A DNA stretch of 64,000 bases from Octopus sinensis (GCF_006345805.1 NC_043005.1:73098001-73162000); one strand, 5' to 3'; counted from the first letter of the stretch, positions 1 through 14,398 are shown. Translations and numbers: made by a program. The notes: generated from the letters alone by a model not told the origin.

Positions 1-16
1 CATACATATATATACA

Positions 17-188
17 TATATACGACAGGCTTCTTTCAGTTTCCGTCTACCAAATCCACTCACAAGGCATTGGTCGGCCCGGAGCTATAGCAGAAGTCAC
101 TTGCCCAAGGTGCCACGCAGTGGGACTGAACCCGGAACCATGTGGCTGGTTAGCAAGCTACTTACCACACAGCCACTCCTACGCCTAT
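17..188 (-). mobile_element. SINE family B, 5' half (tRNA-like head + CORE-like segment)
   Basis: Matches other family B copies; minus strand has the A-box-like ggctgtgtggtaag, the B-box-like gggttcagtccc and accttgggcaagtg. Confidence 0.85.
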
Positions 189-626
189 GTATATTTAAAT
201 TAGGCACCAGACAGTAAAAACCATAGATTCACAATGACTTAAATTTAAATATTAAAAAATAAATTGAAGTTCGCAGAAATTATAAGAATATAAAAACATT
301 TCCTTTATGCTTCCAGTATGAGGAACGAAATATATGAGTGATTCCAGTAGAAGCGTTTCGAAACGGGGTGACGCATTACTCTCCCAAAATCGATAACCTT
401 TACAGTTCAAGCATTATATAGGGCCTCATTTATATATATGTACTTCTGAGAGATCACTATTCATAAAAGAATATACATTTTATGCTCAAAAGAGCATGAA
501 ATAGAAGAGGGACTCAAACTGAATTAAAAGCAAAAATACACAAATTAAACTATCCACTACAGTAATAGCTTAATTTATAAACGTTCTGTCTGTCTTCCAG
601 TCTGTGTGTGTGGCTCCCTCTATATT

Positions 627-628
<2 letters not shown>

Positions 629-675
<47 letters not shown>

Positions 676-676
676 A

Positions 677-754
<78 letters not shown>

Positions 755-788
755 CCTATATCTCTCTCTCTATCTATCTATCTCTATC

Positions 789-836
<48 letters not shown>

Positions 837-925
837 CCTATCTCTTTTTCCTCCCCCAAAAGAAAAGCTCTACTTTGTAATTTGTCCTGCTTGTGTTCGG
901 CCCTGTGTGGCTAATAAAGAAACAT

Positions 926-985
<60 letters not shown>

Positions 986-1000
986 CATATCTATCTATCT
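629..1000. repeat. (TATC)n microsatellite with (TC)n
   Basis: Read directly from the sequence. Confidence 0.98.
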
Positions 1001-1346
1001 AACTCTGTGTGTGTGTGCGTGTGTCAGCTGAATACTCAACACTAGGGGGTGGAAATCAGTTACCTCCCTTATAAAAGCACGAAACTGTCTACATTCAAAA
1101 TATCGAAAGCATAGAATGAATGTCTTTACATCACTTTTATTTCCGATCAGAGTTAGGCTTTCTGTTATGTGTGTGTGTGTATATGTATATGTGTTTGTGT
1201 ATTTGTATGTGTGTGTGCGTGTTTGTGTGTGTGGCTGTGTGTGTATGAATATATAATATAGTACATATATCCTCATATGTATGCGTGTGCGTGGGATTAT
1301 GTATGTTACACAAGCGAATGGAGAATGCAGTCAACACGTTTAGTAT

Positions 1347-1860
1347 TCTCTTATTCTTTTATTTGTTTTAGTCAGTTCACTGCGGCCGTGCTGGAGCACC
1401 GCCTTTACTCGACGAATCGACCCTACGACTTGTTCTTTGTAAGCCAAGTACTTATTCTATGGATCTCTTTTGTCGAACCGTTAAATTGTGAGGAGGTGAA
1501 TACACCAAAATCAGTCGTCAAGCGATGTGGGGGAACAGACACAGATACGCAAATATAAGCATGTATATATATATATAATATATATATAATATATATATAT
1601 ATTATATATATATATACATACATATATATATATATGTATGTGTGTGTGTGCGTGTGTGTGTGTGTGTGTGTATTTATATATAATATATATAAATACGACG
1701 GGCTTCTTTCAGTTTCCGTCTACCAAATCCGCTCACAAGACTTTGGTCGGCCCGAGGCTACAGTAGAAAACACTTGTGCAAATTGCCACGCAGTGGGACC
1801 GAACCCGGAACCACGTAGTTGAGAAGCAAGCTTCTTAGGACACAGTCACGCCAGCGCCTT
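1347..1860 (-). mobile_element. SINE family B, full length with internal (TA)/(TG) linker
   Basis: 3' half (gctggagcaccgcc..tcgaccc), microsatellite, then 5' half (cgacgggcttctttcagtttccgtctacc...). Confidence 0.85.
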
Positions 1861-2816
1861 GTAGTGTATATATTTCACTGAAGTAGAAGCCTGATTCAGC
1901 TTAGCATTACTAAAAAGGATTCAAAACTTTTAGAAACTTGCATTCAAAAGATCTGGTGAGTGTTTGCAATTCGGAGTTTGTATTTCATACACATATACAG
2001 ACATATGCACATGCGTACCTATGCATAGGCAAATATGCACGTGTCCAAGGGACTACAGAGCAAGAACACTACGCACTAACCACTCTAGGAATTGAAACCA
2101 CAAGGCCGTGCATCCTCTCTCTCTCTCTCTCGTTCTTTCTCTCTCTCTCTCACACACACACAAACGAAAAATTAAGGTAATCACAATTTTATATTAAACT
2201 CCTTACATGCGTTTCACCATTATGGTTCTTTGGAGCCCTGCAATAAATGTTTCAAATGCATGTGGATGCTCGATGAGAACATGATTAGTGAACAATTTAT
2301 TGTATGAAGTTATGAATTTACACATGCCCCCGTTTGAAAATAGAAACAAAGGAAGAAGTGAACTATATACAAAAATACTTGAAAGGAGCAAGATGAAAAG
2401 TAGAGGGCCAAAATGTAGAAGAATGTGTTCACGATAAAGGCAAGTAAGGGGCTTGAATTTGAACATAAAGCGCTATTCCGACAACGGCAGGGATCTTAAA
2501 CTTGGGTAAAATTTCAACGAGGACCTGGTAGACCGGTTGAATTCTTTGAAGTTCAACATTGGAAGACTGAGCTGACTGACGAAGAGGAAGGAGTTGGTTG
2601 TATTGTACAGAAATACGACAGACATTTACTAAAATCAAAATACGATAAGGTGTTAAGGAAACAGCATCCCCACCACCACTGGGTGTGTGTCGGAGATTTC
2701 TTAGGTTACTAATCACCTTGGGATGCCCTGACCGTTCTTATCGTTTCATCTTTTTACGACTGAATTTTCTTTTATTCTGTGTACAACATTTCTAACCTGT
2801 TTAAATATATTACACT

Positions 2817-2817
<1 letters not shown>

Positions 2818-2884
<67 letters not shown>

Positions 2885-3022
2885 TATTATTATTATTATT
2901 TTTTTTCCTTCTTTCTTCAAATTTTCTTCTACTTCTCGCCGGGTGTTTTCCGAACACCTAGGGCTGAGAAGCTCATTGTATGCATTCCCAGATTACACGC
3001 GCAAATTCACAGGTAAAATATG

Positions 3023-3085
<63 letters not shown>
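2818..3085. repeat. Two (TAT)n runs
   Basis: Read directly from the sequence. Confidence 0.95.
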
Positions 3086-3381
3086 TATTGCATATACATA
3101 TACACACGCGCACACATCTTCATTCATTGTGTTTATATATATGTACATCCTCATTTTGTGTGACATGCTTTGCTTTGTATATGTGTAAGCCTTTATGGCC
3201 AATAGAGAAAGGTTTGTTATCAAGCGACTTTAATTACCCTTGGTGCTCTCTGGATTCTATTAGCCGAGCGACGCTGTTCATTATGCGTTTGTATATGATT
3301 AAAAACAGTCATTATCCAGTTTTTATTCAAACCATTAATGGCTATAAGAGCTATTGCAAGAAATCAATCAATAAGCCGTAG

Positions 3382-3495
3382 CTTCTTTTTCTTCTTCTTC
3401 TTCTTCTTCTTCTTCTTCTTCTTCTTCTTCTTCTTCTTCTTCTCTTCTTCTTCTTCTTCTTCTTCTCCCCACCTCCTCCTCCTCCTCCTCCTCCT
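3382..3495. repeat. (CTT)n/(CCT)n microsatellite
   Basis: Read directly from the sequence. Confidence 0.97.
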
Positions 3496-4862
3496 GCTGT
3501 TCTCGTTTTCCTTCTCATTCTCTTCCTTATCCTTCTTCTTCTCCGTACTTTTATTGTTTGGCTTTAATTTTTCCAAGGCGCACTCGAGTTTCAAACACAG
3601 ACGTCAAGGACAATAAAAGCTTCCATCAGGAGAAGCCGACAGGTCGGAACTGGTCAGATGCAATGCAAATTACAAAAAAAAAAAAAAAAGAATGATGTCT
3701 GTGTGCAAAATAATATCGTTACAAAATTTTTTAAATCATAATAACTTTGAATGAGTAAGACTGATTTATAGAAGGAAGAATTTACGCAAAATATGTTATG
3801 TACCTATAAATATGACCTTTGCTCGTGCACTTATTTTGGTGCTGCCATGAATTTGGTCTACATATTTGTTTGCTTCATTCGATATTATACGAAGTGCTCT
3901 AATAACTATAGGTAATGTGGCTTTGCGACAACGTTGTCAAACTTCAATATCGTCAGACGCTGACTGCCCTGCAGGAGTCGGGAAATGCGTTCGGCATAAA
4001 TTCTAAGTTAGGAATATGAAGAAATATATTTGTGGGTAAGGGCGATGACGTTGTCGGGGAGAATCTAGGTGTCGACGAGGATGAAATAGCTGGCCTGTTT
4101 GAGAGGTGTTTGGACACGGAATTCTCATAAATAATTCCCCCAAAACTCTGGTCAGGCAGTGGTGTTGAGAAGCGCCACCAGCCAGGACTAACAAAGATGC
4201 GCGCAGTGCGTGCAAATAGCGCTGCTCGCAGTCGTGTCCGAACATTGCTGTCTGGTTGGGTTACGTCGAACAGCTATTATCGCATGTAGGACGAATCCGA
4301 CTATTCGCTGAATCCACCGTGTTAATCGCCCCACCATATACATATTTTGCTTTGTTATGAGAGTCGGGAGATAGTGTTCCTTTGTTTAATGGTTATAGTG
4401 AAAGAGGCCGTGTGGTGGACCACACTGAAAAGCTTGAGGAAAGGTAATTTTCTCTTCGGTCCATCCCCCATTGAATTTTGACGCTCCATTTGGAAATGAA
4501 AGTGAAAGTTGAGAGGGAAGAGCTTCCTCTCAGTGATTTTGTGATAAGTGGGTGGCCGTGGCAAATGGGTTAGGGTGAATAGATCTGCTCTCAGCATGCA
4601 CAAGTAGATTAGAGAGCAACAACTGAGCGAAGGCTCATGCTTTTGATGGTCGGAGTAATTCTGGATCTGTGGTCTTTCTTGATTGCCCCTAGTTGGAATC
4701 GCTCTTGTATCAAGAAGACTGCATCATTCACGCTATCACATACTTTGTATACTATGTAACATTCCTTTTCCGTATCATAATCTTTTATATAAATCCCCAC
4801 ACAAATTGTAGACTGTTCTTGTGATGTCCCACTTATCTATGATCCCGTGGCTAATAATTAAA

Positions 4863-4863
<1 letters not shown>

Positions 4864-4897
<34 letters not shown>

Positions 4898-5046
4898 TAT
4901 CGTTATCGTTATTATTATTATTGTTGTTGTTCTCCCTTCTTCTCCTTCTTCTTCTTCTTCTTCTTCTTCTTCTTCTTCTTCTTCTTCTTCTTCTTCTTCT
5001 TCTTCTTCTTCTTCTTCTTCTTCTTCTTCTTCTTCTTCTTCTTCTT
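4864..5046. repeat. (ATC)n and (TTC)n microsatellites
   Basis: Read directly from the sequence. Confidence 0.97.
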
Positions 5047-6471
5047 GGTCTGCTTTTTGTGTAAGCGTATTGTCAAATTATGGCAATATCTATAAAATTA
5101 ATCCGTATCAAATATGGTTACATGTTGCACACATATACACATGTGCATATGTACAGATATACAAGCATAAACATATACACTAAAAAACATATACACTTAC
5201 CCCTACAACACGTACACATATATGATGATGCTGCCACACCTCATTCAATTAAACGTCCACACCGATCCTCTTTGAACTACATCTCCGTTACATCAAAGCG
5301 CTGTATTCTGCACGTTGTTTTGTAAACCTTCCTCCATGCAGAATACATAATTTTGTTGACCGTTTGCGTTTTAGATCAGAATTAGTTCTTCCTTCTTTAG
5401 ATCTTAAAATGTTTTGGCGATTACTTGCAAATTAACATGAGTTGAATAGAAACTTAGAGAAAGTTTAAGAAAATTACTTAAGTCTCGTTGTTCGTAATCA
5501 CACTTGCATATCACGGATCTTGGAAACAATTGTATATAAAATGAGTATTGAATGCTGTTTTGCCATTTATTATCTCCTTCTAAAGGTAATTTCCGTTGCA
5601 CTTATTTCTCACAAGTAGATTTTGCCAAACTGTCCTGGAGCAATAGGTAATCGAGATACACTCGTTGCATATATTGCAATGAGATTGTTTCGTATCGATA
5701 TCTTGTCTCAATGCATGAAATTGATTATCATGTAATATGCCGGCTAATCAATACTTACATGTGAATTTAGATCTACGATTATTATGCATGCATATAAATA
5801 TCATGTTTACAGTTGTATGCGTAAATGATCTTGTGTGTGTGTTTGTGCGCGCAAAATGTTCTTGTATATTTTAGAAAACAACTATGTCTCACCGTATGTG
5901 AACGAATTAGTCAAATATATATCGGACACACGTATACAGGCAAATTTAAGTATGATTATATACAACGTATAAATAAATTTCTATATTTGTTTTTGTAATA
6001 AAAGGTGCCTACTGTGAAAACTGAAATGGAAAGATGTTGTAAAGATCATATCAAGCAATATGTTTTTATTGACAGAATCGGTAGAAATGGCGAAGAACAA
6101 AGCCGTTGTTGTATCTAATTATATCCGCTAAATGTACCACCGTTATTTATCTCACATTTGAATTCCCTTCCTTAAGGGCTTGGATAGTTCTCAGTCCAAT
6201 TTTGTTCTTTGACCATGATTCTTTTGCACCTAAGTATTGCTATATCAATTATATCACATCCTCTTGTTTCTTGTGTTCTTTTTAAAAATATCAAAGTCAG
6301 CGAAGTGGTGGAGTCTTTAGGGTGTGAGATAGGTCGCCTTGCTTTATGTATTCCGGTTCATTGCAATCTGAGTTCAAATAAGACTGGGTTCAAAACTGCC
6401 TCCCGTCCTTCAAGAATCAATACATTACCTAAGGCCAGTACTGGATAAAGTATTTTCTATTTCTTAGTGTA

Positions 6472-6474
6472 CCA

Positions 6475-6573
<99 letters not shown>

Positions 6574-6602
6574 ATCTATCTATCTATCTATCTACCTATC
6601 TA
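6472..6602. repeat. (TATC)n microsatellite
   Basis: Read directly from the sequence. Confidence 0.98.
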
Positions 6603-6844
6603 TAGGTCTGTCTATATATCTTTTCCATTGCTCCTATTGTGTGTTTCTCCCTCTAAGCCGGATATGTTGAACCCTGAGAAGAATTTTCATAGATTACTCA
6701 TGTCTTTTGCATCAGAGATAACGGAGAGTTGAGCGAGGAGCTGGCTCCCTATTTTCAAAGAAGCAAAAGAATCTGTTAACTAATCGAAATCCTTTAAAGA
6801 CAAGCTGACAGACATCACAGCACCAAACAACAGTAATAATAATA

Positions 6845-7292
6845 CTTTCAAATTTTGGCACATGTCCTGCAATTTCAGAGGAGCCATAAGTCGATAACAT
6901 CGACTTCAGTTCTTTACGGATAATTGTTTTATCGATCCCGAATTGGGAATAAAACGAAAAGTCAAACTCAGCAGAAGCGGAATTTGAACACTGGACGTAA
7001 AGACGGACGAAATACTGCTATGCAAGTTGATAGGCAGGCTAACGATTCTGCTAGCTCACGTCTCAATAGTTATAATAAACTTTTCTACAATAGACACAAA
7101 GCCTGAAATTTGTGGGAGGGGGATAGTCGATTTCACTGACCCCAGTGTTTCATTGGTGATTAATTTATTAACCCCCGAAAGGATGAGAGGTAAAGTCGAT
7201 CTCGGCGAAATTTTAACTCAGACCGTAGCGACGGGTGAAATACCGCTAAGCATTTCGCCCGGCGTGCTAACGATTCTGCCAGCTTGCTGCCT
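6845..7292 (-). mobile_element. Two adjacent SINE family A copies (older ~6845-7065, younger ~7090-7292)
   Basis: cgaccccgaaaggatgaaaggcaaagtcgacctcggcggaatttgaactcag-type core and the head ctaacgattctgccagc. Confidence 0.75.
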
Positions 7293-7518
7293 TAATAATA
7301 ATGACAATAATAATAACAACAACAACAACTAAAACAACAAAAATAGTAATAATAATAATAATAACATCAATAATAACAATAATAACAACAACAACAATTA
7401 CAATAACAACAACAATAACAACAACAACAATAATAATAATAATAACAATAACAACAACAACAACAATAATAACAATAATAACAACAACAGTAATAATAAT
7501 AACAGCAACAACAACAAC

Positions 7519-7588
<70 letters not shown>

Positions 7589-7590
7589 GA
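7293..7590. repeat. (AAC)n/(AAT)n compound microsatellite
   Basis: Read directly from the sequence. Confidence 0.98.
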
Positions 7591-7706
7591 GCATCACAAA
7601 AAATCACAGCACATACCTAAGGCACACAGAGCTGCGCTCGGTAGTGAAGTGAAAGCACGCTATAAAAATAAAACTACTGAATAGTAATAATTATAATAAT
7701 AATAAT

Positions 7707-8265
7707 AAATGCCCTGATGCAGTACCAGACAGTGGTTCTCATGGTTTCTCAAATTAACTGATTGGAAGTGTTATCATGTACATTGTTTTGTATTGGTATA
7801 AAAGATGGGCTACAGCAAATATTCTGCTCAATACAACAGTTTTGCTTGTCAGTTGTTTGACCTTAACCCGTTGACCATATCCTTTAGTGGCTGACGATAT
7901 GCGCATCTCTGATCATAAGCAGAAGTAGTGAGGGAGCATCATAGCCATGTTTTGAAAGGGATGCTTTTGGGTGTGAATAATTCACCTCTGGAAACATGGG
8001 TGGTTCGTTCAACATCCTTAAACAACCCTTATTCAGGGACTTTTGAGCAGGATGGGTTACTCGACCAGAAGAAATTTCTAACTGGGCGCCACCTGCAAGG
8101 TCATGTACTGTTTATCTTAATATGAAATCGCCATGTCGCGCACACATGGTTGTGATGCATGTGCTTTGTGTACCCTTATCAGACGGATAGTCATGATGGA
8201 TATACTGGGCTTCGTATATTTTACCCCAATGTTACTTTGATGGCATGCACTGCTCTCTCACTCAA

Positions 8266-8346
<81 letters not shown>

Positions 8347-8348
8347 TA
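7707..8348 (+). mobile_element. Probable retroposed interspersed repeat ending in an (AAT)n tail
   Basis: GC-richer ~560-bp block between trinucleotide runs, ending in (AAT)n. Resembles a common octopus repeat from memory; single copy here. Confidence 0.45.
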
Positions 8349-9559
8349 ATTTCTTTGCTACAAGGGATGCTTTCTTCTACAGAGCACAAGTCCTGTATTG
8401 TTTCATATTATGTGGATTAATTAGGACATGCTTGTCCATGGTAACCCCTAATCAGTCAACATATCGCCTACAGTTATATCTGCACTCACCATGGGGCATA
8501 GTGTGCAGCAAAGGTATACTAATAGCCAGGATAAATTTACTAACGACACCCTGTGTTTCACCATCTCAAATACAACGAAATCAATTTGCGCATGAGTCCT
8601 GCTATCTCGTTTTAAAGCTGACACAACGAGTGCCACATTGTTTCTCACAAAAAAGGAGATTATACTTAAAGCGTTTGACTGGTGCGTCTTCGACTCTTGC
8701 TCAGATGGAGGAAGAAAAACTTACCGTGGCCTTGATAAAGCACAGGTAGGTTACCTCCCTTCTATCTCACACTTTTGTGAAGCCAAGATTTATAATTTTT
8801 TTTTTATCAAAATGTTTTATATTTAGAAATTTTTGAGAAGATTGCACTTTGTTATAGAATCGCCTCATTTGACGAAGAACCCCACGTGTTATTGTTGTAA
8901 TATTGATGTGAAACAACATTCGTTACGCTACGCTTTTCGTACATGTTATTGATATTTGTTTTATTTTCCGTCATTTTTGTCTCTATATACTGTTTCTATT
9001 TATTATTTGCTTGGTAGTTCTGCTTTGTGCAATGTAATTTCTCTAAGGAGTATATCCTGGAAAAACTGGAAGATTTTACTATAGAGAAACGAATTAAAAT
9101 AAATTAGAAATATTTAAAAAAACAACCGTGTTGTTTTATCCCAGTAATGATAATTCCAAAATGTTCGATTATAGTTCCGGCTCGAAATAATATTGTAAAA
9201 TATTAGTTATTTAAAAAATTTTTTATAAAATAGGGAATTCTCAGCGCAATATTTTATTATATAAGCATATATTTCTAAATGCATGAGTGATAAATGAATC
9301 TCAATTACTGGATCTATAACAAATATTGTAAGGAAATCTGTACGTGAAGCACGGTTAGTTTGTCAATTGTTTTGTTTTTACTTATCCTCTAGGAGGTATA
9401 TACCGATATATATGGGGGAAGTTTATACACCCACGCACACACCCACACACAAAAACACACACACATATATGTATATACGAATGAGTAGACAAACGAATGA
9501 AAGAGGCATATGTAATAGGAGATTCACGAGGCCGAATGTTTTTAATAATAAGAGTTTTT

Positions 9560-9655
9560 AATAATAATAATAATAATAATAATGATGATGAAGGTGATGA
9601 TAATAATAATAATTTTAATAATAATAATAATAATAATATTAATAATATAATAATA

Positions 9656-9746
<91 letters not shown>

Positions 9747-9772
9747 AATAATAATAATAATAAATAATAGTA

Positions 9773-9830
<58 letters not shown>

Positions 9831-9855
9831 TAATAATAATAATGATACCAACAAC
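9560..9855. repeat. (AAT)n/(GAT)n compound microsatellite
   Basis: Read directly from the sequence. Confidence 0.98.
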
Positions 9856-10549
9856 AACATATGGTTATGCGCGTGTGTTAGAGGCCTTTAAGTTTGTGTG
9901 TCTTCGAAGTGATCGCTTTCAAACACGCCTTCTCTTCAATACTTTAGTTTGGCGTCCTTCCATGATGCGTATGCCTTAATCACCCTTATCTAATTTAGGT
10001 TAGATTTAGGCATGAACAATCACCTATGGAAGTATTCTGTTCTAAAGTCTTAAAGTTTTTATTGTTCCTTTTATTTTATCTGACATCTGTTAATCTTAAT
10101 TACATATAACCTTCTCTATTAACCAATTATGCGATTTCCTTATCTATTAATTATATCCCATTACTTCCAATTTACCTTAATATAACTGGCCGCTTTTTTT
10201 TTTCTGCACAACGTAGGTTCGAAATTTTATATTTATATGGTATTTTGTTTATTAAGGATTTAATGAAGTGAAGATGGAGCAAAGACGTGTGTTTTGCCTG
10301 CGATATTTGTTCTAGTTCGCTGAGTTCAAAACATGCTGAGGTCATTTTTGCATTTTAATCCTTACGAGATTGATCGACAAAGTACCAGTCATGGGTGGTA
10401 CATTGGCGAGATCGACAAAAGTTCGAACGAGATGCCTTGCGATTATGTAGTCTGCCATTTTGCGTCTTAACAGCAACGGTGCTGCGACATTGGTGCCAAG
10501 TTGTAGCGCCCTCTGCCTTTTATTTTTCAGATAACCTCATTGGGGTGGT

Positions 10550-10800
10550 AGAGACAAGTAGCTTAGTGGTTAGGGTGTTGGACTCATGATCGTAAGATTG
10601 TGGTTTCGACTCCTAAACCGAGGGACGCGTTGTGCTCTTGAACAAAACACTTCATTTCACGTTGCTCAGTCCACTCAGCTGCAAAAATTTGTAATCCTGC
10701 GACGGCCCGGCGTCCTGTCCACATAGGGAATTTACACGCCATGGAAACCGGAAAACCGGTCCTATGAGTCTTTATGACTCGGAAAAGAACTTTGCTTACA
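10550..10800 (+). mobile_element. SINE family D, diverged copy
   Basis: Aligns by eye to 35556-35820. Confidence 0.75.
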
Positions 10801-10969
10801 TTGACGGGCGAAGAGAGACTTTCACGTGTGAATAACTGCTAATTTTCCCTTACAAAAAACCCTTCCCTGGATTTGCTTGCGATCTGTGATATGAGGCTTT
10901 ACAAATAATGGGTGTGCTCTACATTTTCCAACGTCTGTCAATATGTATAATCATTGATTGTTGTGCTTG

Positions 10970-11440
10970 ATGTTCTTTGATCGCACAAAGAAAATCACAA
11001 ATTCATAAATCGCCAAGTTCTGTGGAAACTTACGATGAAACTCACTGGGCTAAACACAGAGAAATATCCTAGAACTCTGCCTTCTATACGACAACATAGA
11101 AGCTGAAGTGCTGTTCTAGACTTCCATAAGGAATCATCTAGAGTGAGATATGGAATAAGGTAGGGTTGTATAACCGCCCCTACGCTCATCTCTATTCTCA
11201 TTTCATCAATGCTTAAAACCACTACGAACAAATTCCTTCCTGAAGTTCAACCGTCATGCAATGAAAACAGAAAGCTATGCGATGTCGGTAAATTAAATAC
11301 AGAACAAGATCCTACGGATTTATTCGTATTTGAACTTCATTACAGCGATTATGCCACGTTGCAACTAAGAAAACAATTACTATCATCGTTATTGACGAAT
11401 TAAAGAGCTGGGGTTTAAGTTTAGCTTAACTAAAAGGAAA
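10970..11440 (+). pseudogene. Decayed RTE-type LINE RT fragment
   Basis: Across stops and shifts: RQVLWKL ... GIR*GCITAPTLISILISSML ... LFVFELHYSDYATL ... GLKFSL, matching the RTE/BovB RT pattern GVKQGCVLAPTLF...ELLFADD. Confidence 0.7.
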
Positions 11441-12716
11441 GTCTCGCAACAATAAGCTGTATACAAGCCACAGACATAACTGAAAGTTTTGAAGTCCGAA
11501 TGAGGGTGTTCTACTTTAAATCAATAAAGAAAAACATTTAAAAAAATAGTGAACCACATGGTAGTTTATTAAATCGAGTTCTATGTATACACATATACAT
11601 ATTTATATACTATTCATATATATATGTGTGTGTGTGTACATCCATGAAAAAAAAATGTGACTATGCACATATATAATCATATATATCTTAGATCACAACG
11701 GCACAAAAAGAAGATATCGCGAGAGGGACAAGTTTTAACAAATGTCGTGTAAGATTAATGCTACTGAAAGCGAAAGGAAAGATTCTTGATGTTTAGGACG
11801 CCATTAGTTCATAAAAAAAACAGAGTGGAAAGAAAAAAAATAAGAGGAGAAAAAGTAATTAGAAGAGAGAAATTCATAGACTTGGGATATATAAAAATAA
11901 AGGAAACAAGATAAAGATGTTTAGGCTGGACATGATGATAAACTGAATGAGTGAGAGCGACAGATAGAAGTAAAAAGAGAGTGAAACATACATGGTTAAT
12001 TGGCAAGGGGGAAGAGAAAGAGATGGGGGAAAAACAGCCGGTGTCGGTATATTATGGACTTCGACTATCAACTTCTCATCAGTGTACGTTGACTGAAATA
12101 CAAATCTGACAGCAACACAGCCACGCACACGACAACAAGATACGCACTGAATCACACAAATGCCTTTCTCATTATCAGTTCCTTGTAGCGAGCTCTAGAG
12201 AACATCAAATAGATTTAGCAGAGTGTTTAAAATGGCTGGAAATATTTATACAAAAATTCTGTATAGCTAGCTATACGTTTACCTTGAGTTTTGTATCATT
12301 CATAACTTGTAAATATTGTACGCTGTATACAATGATTCATTCATATAAAAGACAAATGGTAAAGCATTAACCGTCTCTCATCACTTACTGTAATCATTAG
12401 GCTAGTGAATACCGTTTAAGATACTTAAGTTATTTGCCAATTCAGTTAAATCGAAGAAACCAGAATTTCTATCCACATTTGATTTTCCCAACCCGCATGA
12501 AGAGCATTAGTTGTACATAGGCTTCAATGTTGAATAGAGGTATACCGTATATACTCGACGAAATCAAGGAAACCGGCCTTATGAGCCTATGGATCGAGGA
12601 GAACTGATCGTTTTCATATATATACGCATATATATATAGACATATATAGACACGCGCATACACACATGGAGATATATATATACATGCACACATACACACA
12701 CACACACACACACACA

Positions 12717-12747
<31 letters not shown>

Positions 12748-12829
12748 ATATATATATAATATATATATATATATAATATATATATATGAGTATATATATG
12801 TATGTAAATCAATATCCCTTAAAAGAGTC

Positions 12830-13150
12830 AGTCACTTGTTGGGGTGCCACTCTACACGTCTTTGCAGCTGGCCACTGTCACTTGTCTTTTTTTCTCTGTC
12901 ATCCGTAACAATTTTGCAGTGTTGTAACCTATACTGTCCTTGATGTCAAACCACGATTTTTTTCTGCCTGACGCTCGTTCGACTTTCCTCAATTGTCCTT
13001 TGACGAATGGTCTTGGAGAGGGAGTTCTGGTGGAATACATGACCGTACCGGGCAAGGTTTTATATTTGTACCTGCACAAGGAATGGTTCCTGCCTGCAAG
13101 CGTATTTGTGTACTTGCTGCCTGACGAAGCTGTTCGTTTCGTGTAATCGG
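12830..13150 (-). pseudogene. Decayed RTE-type LINE ORF C-terminus
   Basis: KGQLRKVERASGRKKSWFDIKDSIGYNTAKLLRMTEK resembles the RTE C-terminal G.R.RGR.RK.W.D.IK motif. Confidence 0.6.
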
Positions 13151-13402
13151 ATTTTGCGTCAGTTTTGAAAACGAATATTTAAGTTACTTGTCTATCGTGT
13201 TATTGTATTAATATGTAAATATCTGAATATATCAGGGCGGATTTCTTTACTCAGCTGGGTCTTACTATCTGCATACACTGCAAGAATATCATCAAGTCTG
13301 ATATTCACTTAATATTGATGAGAATGCATGTTACTCCGACCTAACAAGGTGATACAATTTAAGTACCTAATTCAACTGAATCTTAGTTGTATTTTATATA
13401 AG

Positions 13403-13452
<50 letters not shown>

Positions 13453-13503
13453 TATATATATATATATATATTATATGTTATTACTTTTATTGTTTTTTGT
13501 ATT

Positions 13504-14398
13504 TATATTCGTGTGGCATCGTCCGTTTTTCTGTCCTTGTTTCGTATACTTTCGATCCTTTTTCCAAGAAACCTAATGCTCGTAGCTTAGTTTTTTCTTG
13601 GGGCTGGCCGGATCGGAGCGATCTCAAGATTAATCAGCCGAAATTGTGAGGATGATCCGGTTCTTGACTGAAGATTAGTGGCTTCGAATGCATACATATA
13701 CATACATATAGATATATAAAATATAAATTAGAGATAAAACTACTATCATGCAACTCAAAAAGTGATAGACATTAACCAAAACATAAATAAGAAATATTAT
13801 ATATTTCTATAAAACATAAAAATACATATTATTTGTTATTTATGCTTTGCTTTATGTCTATCACTGTTTGAGCTGCATAATAGTGGTTTTATCTCTAAAT
13901 TATATTTTATATATTTATATTGTGAATTTGATTTAATACTAAATTGAATTTTTCCCAGTAAGTTTGGAGTTATACTCCCTCTGTCCCTCTTTTCCTCTTT
14001 CTTCTCCTCACACGTGACTGACTGACCGATTGCTGGCCTTTCGTGCTTAGCAGTCGTCGCGGCAAGACACATTTTTTTCTCTCTGCCCTAAGGCATTTTT
14101 CTAACACGCCAGCTCAAAGTTTACTTGTCCTGTCGAAAGACGCCTGTCTGTGACGTCCTGTTTTTTGTTATTACTATTATCATTATTGTTTCTACGTATT
14201 TTTGTATTCTTATTCGTGTAACCTCGTCCGTTTTTCCGTCTTTGTTTTGTATACATTCGAGGCTTTCTTCTAAGGAATCTAATGTGCTTGGCTTAGATTT
14301 TCCTTTGGGGCTGGCCAGATCGGAGCAATCTCAAGATTAATCAGCCGAAATTGTGAGGATGATCTGGTTCTTGACTGAAGATTGAAGGCTTCGAATGT
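13504..14398 (+). repeat. Two copies (~190 bp) of an unclassified repeat, at 13504-13690 and 14210-14398
   Basis: Shared ggggctggcc.gatcggagc.atctcaagattaatcagccgaaattgtgaggatgat..gttcttgactgaagatt. Confidence 0.8.

Noticed and set aside
8638-8760. Short ORF ending at a CAG|GTAGGT donor-like site
   Set aside because: No convincing acceptor, partner exon or recognisable domain.
13655-13690. ctgaagatt..cttcgaatg (also at ~14375) as a hammerhead
   Set aside because: Stems I and III cannot be formed and GAAA is absent.
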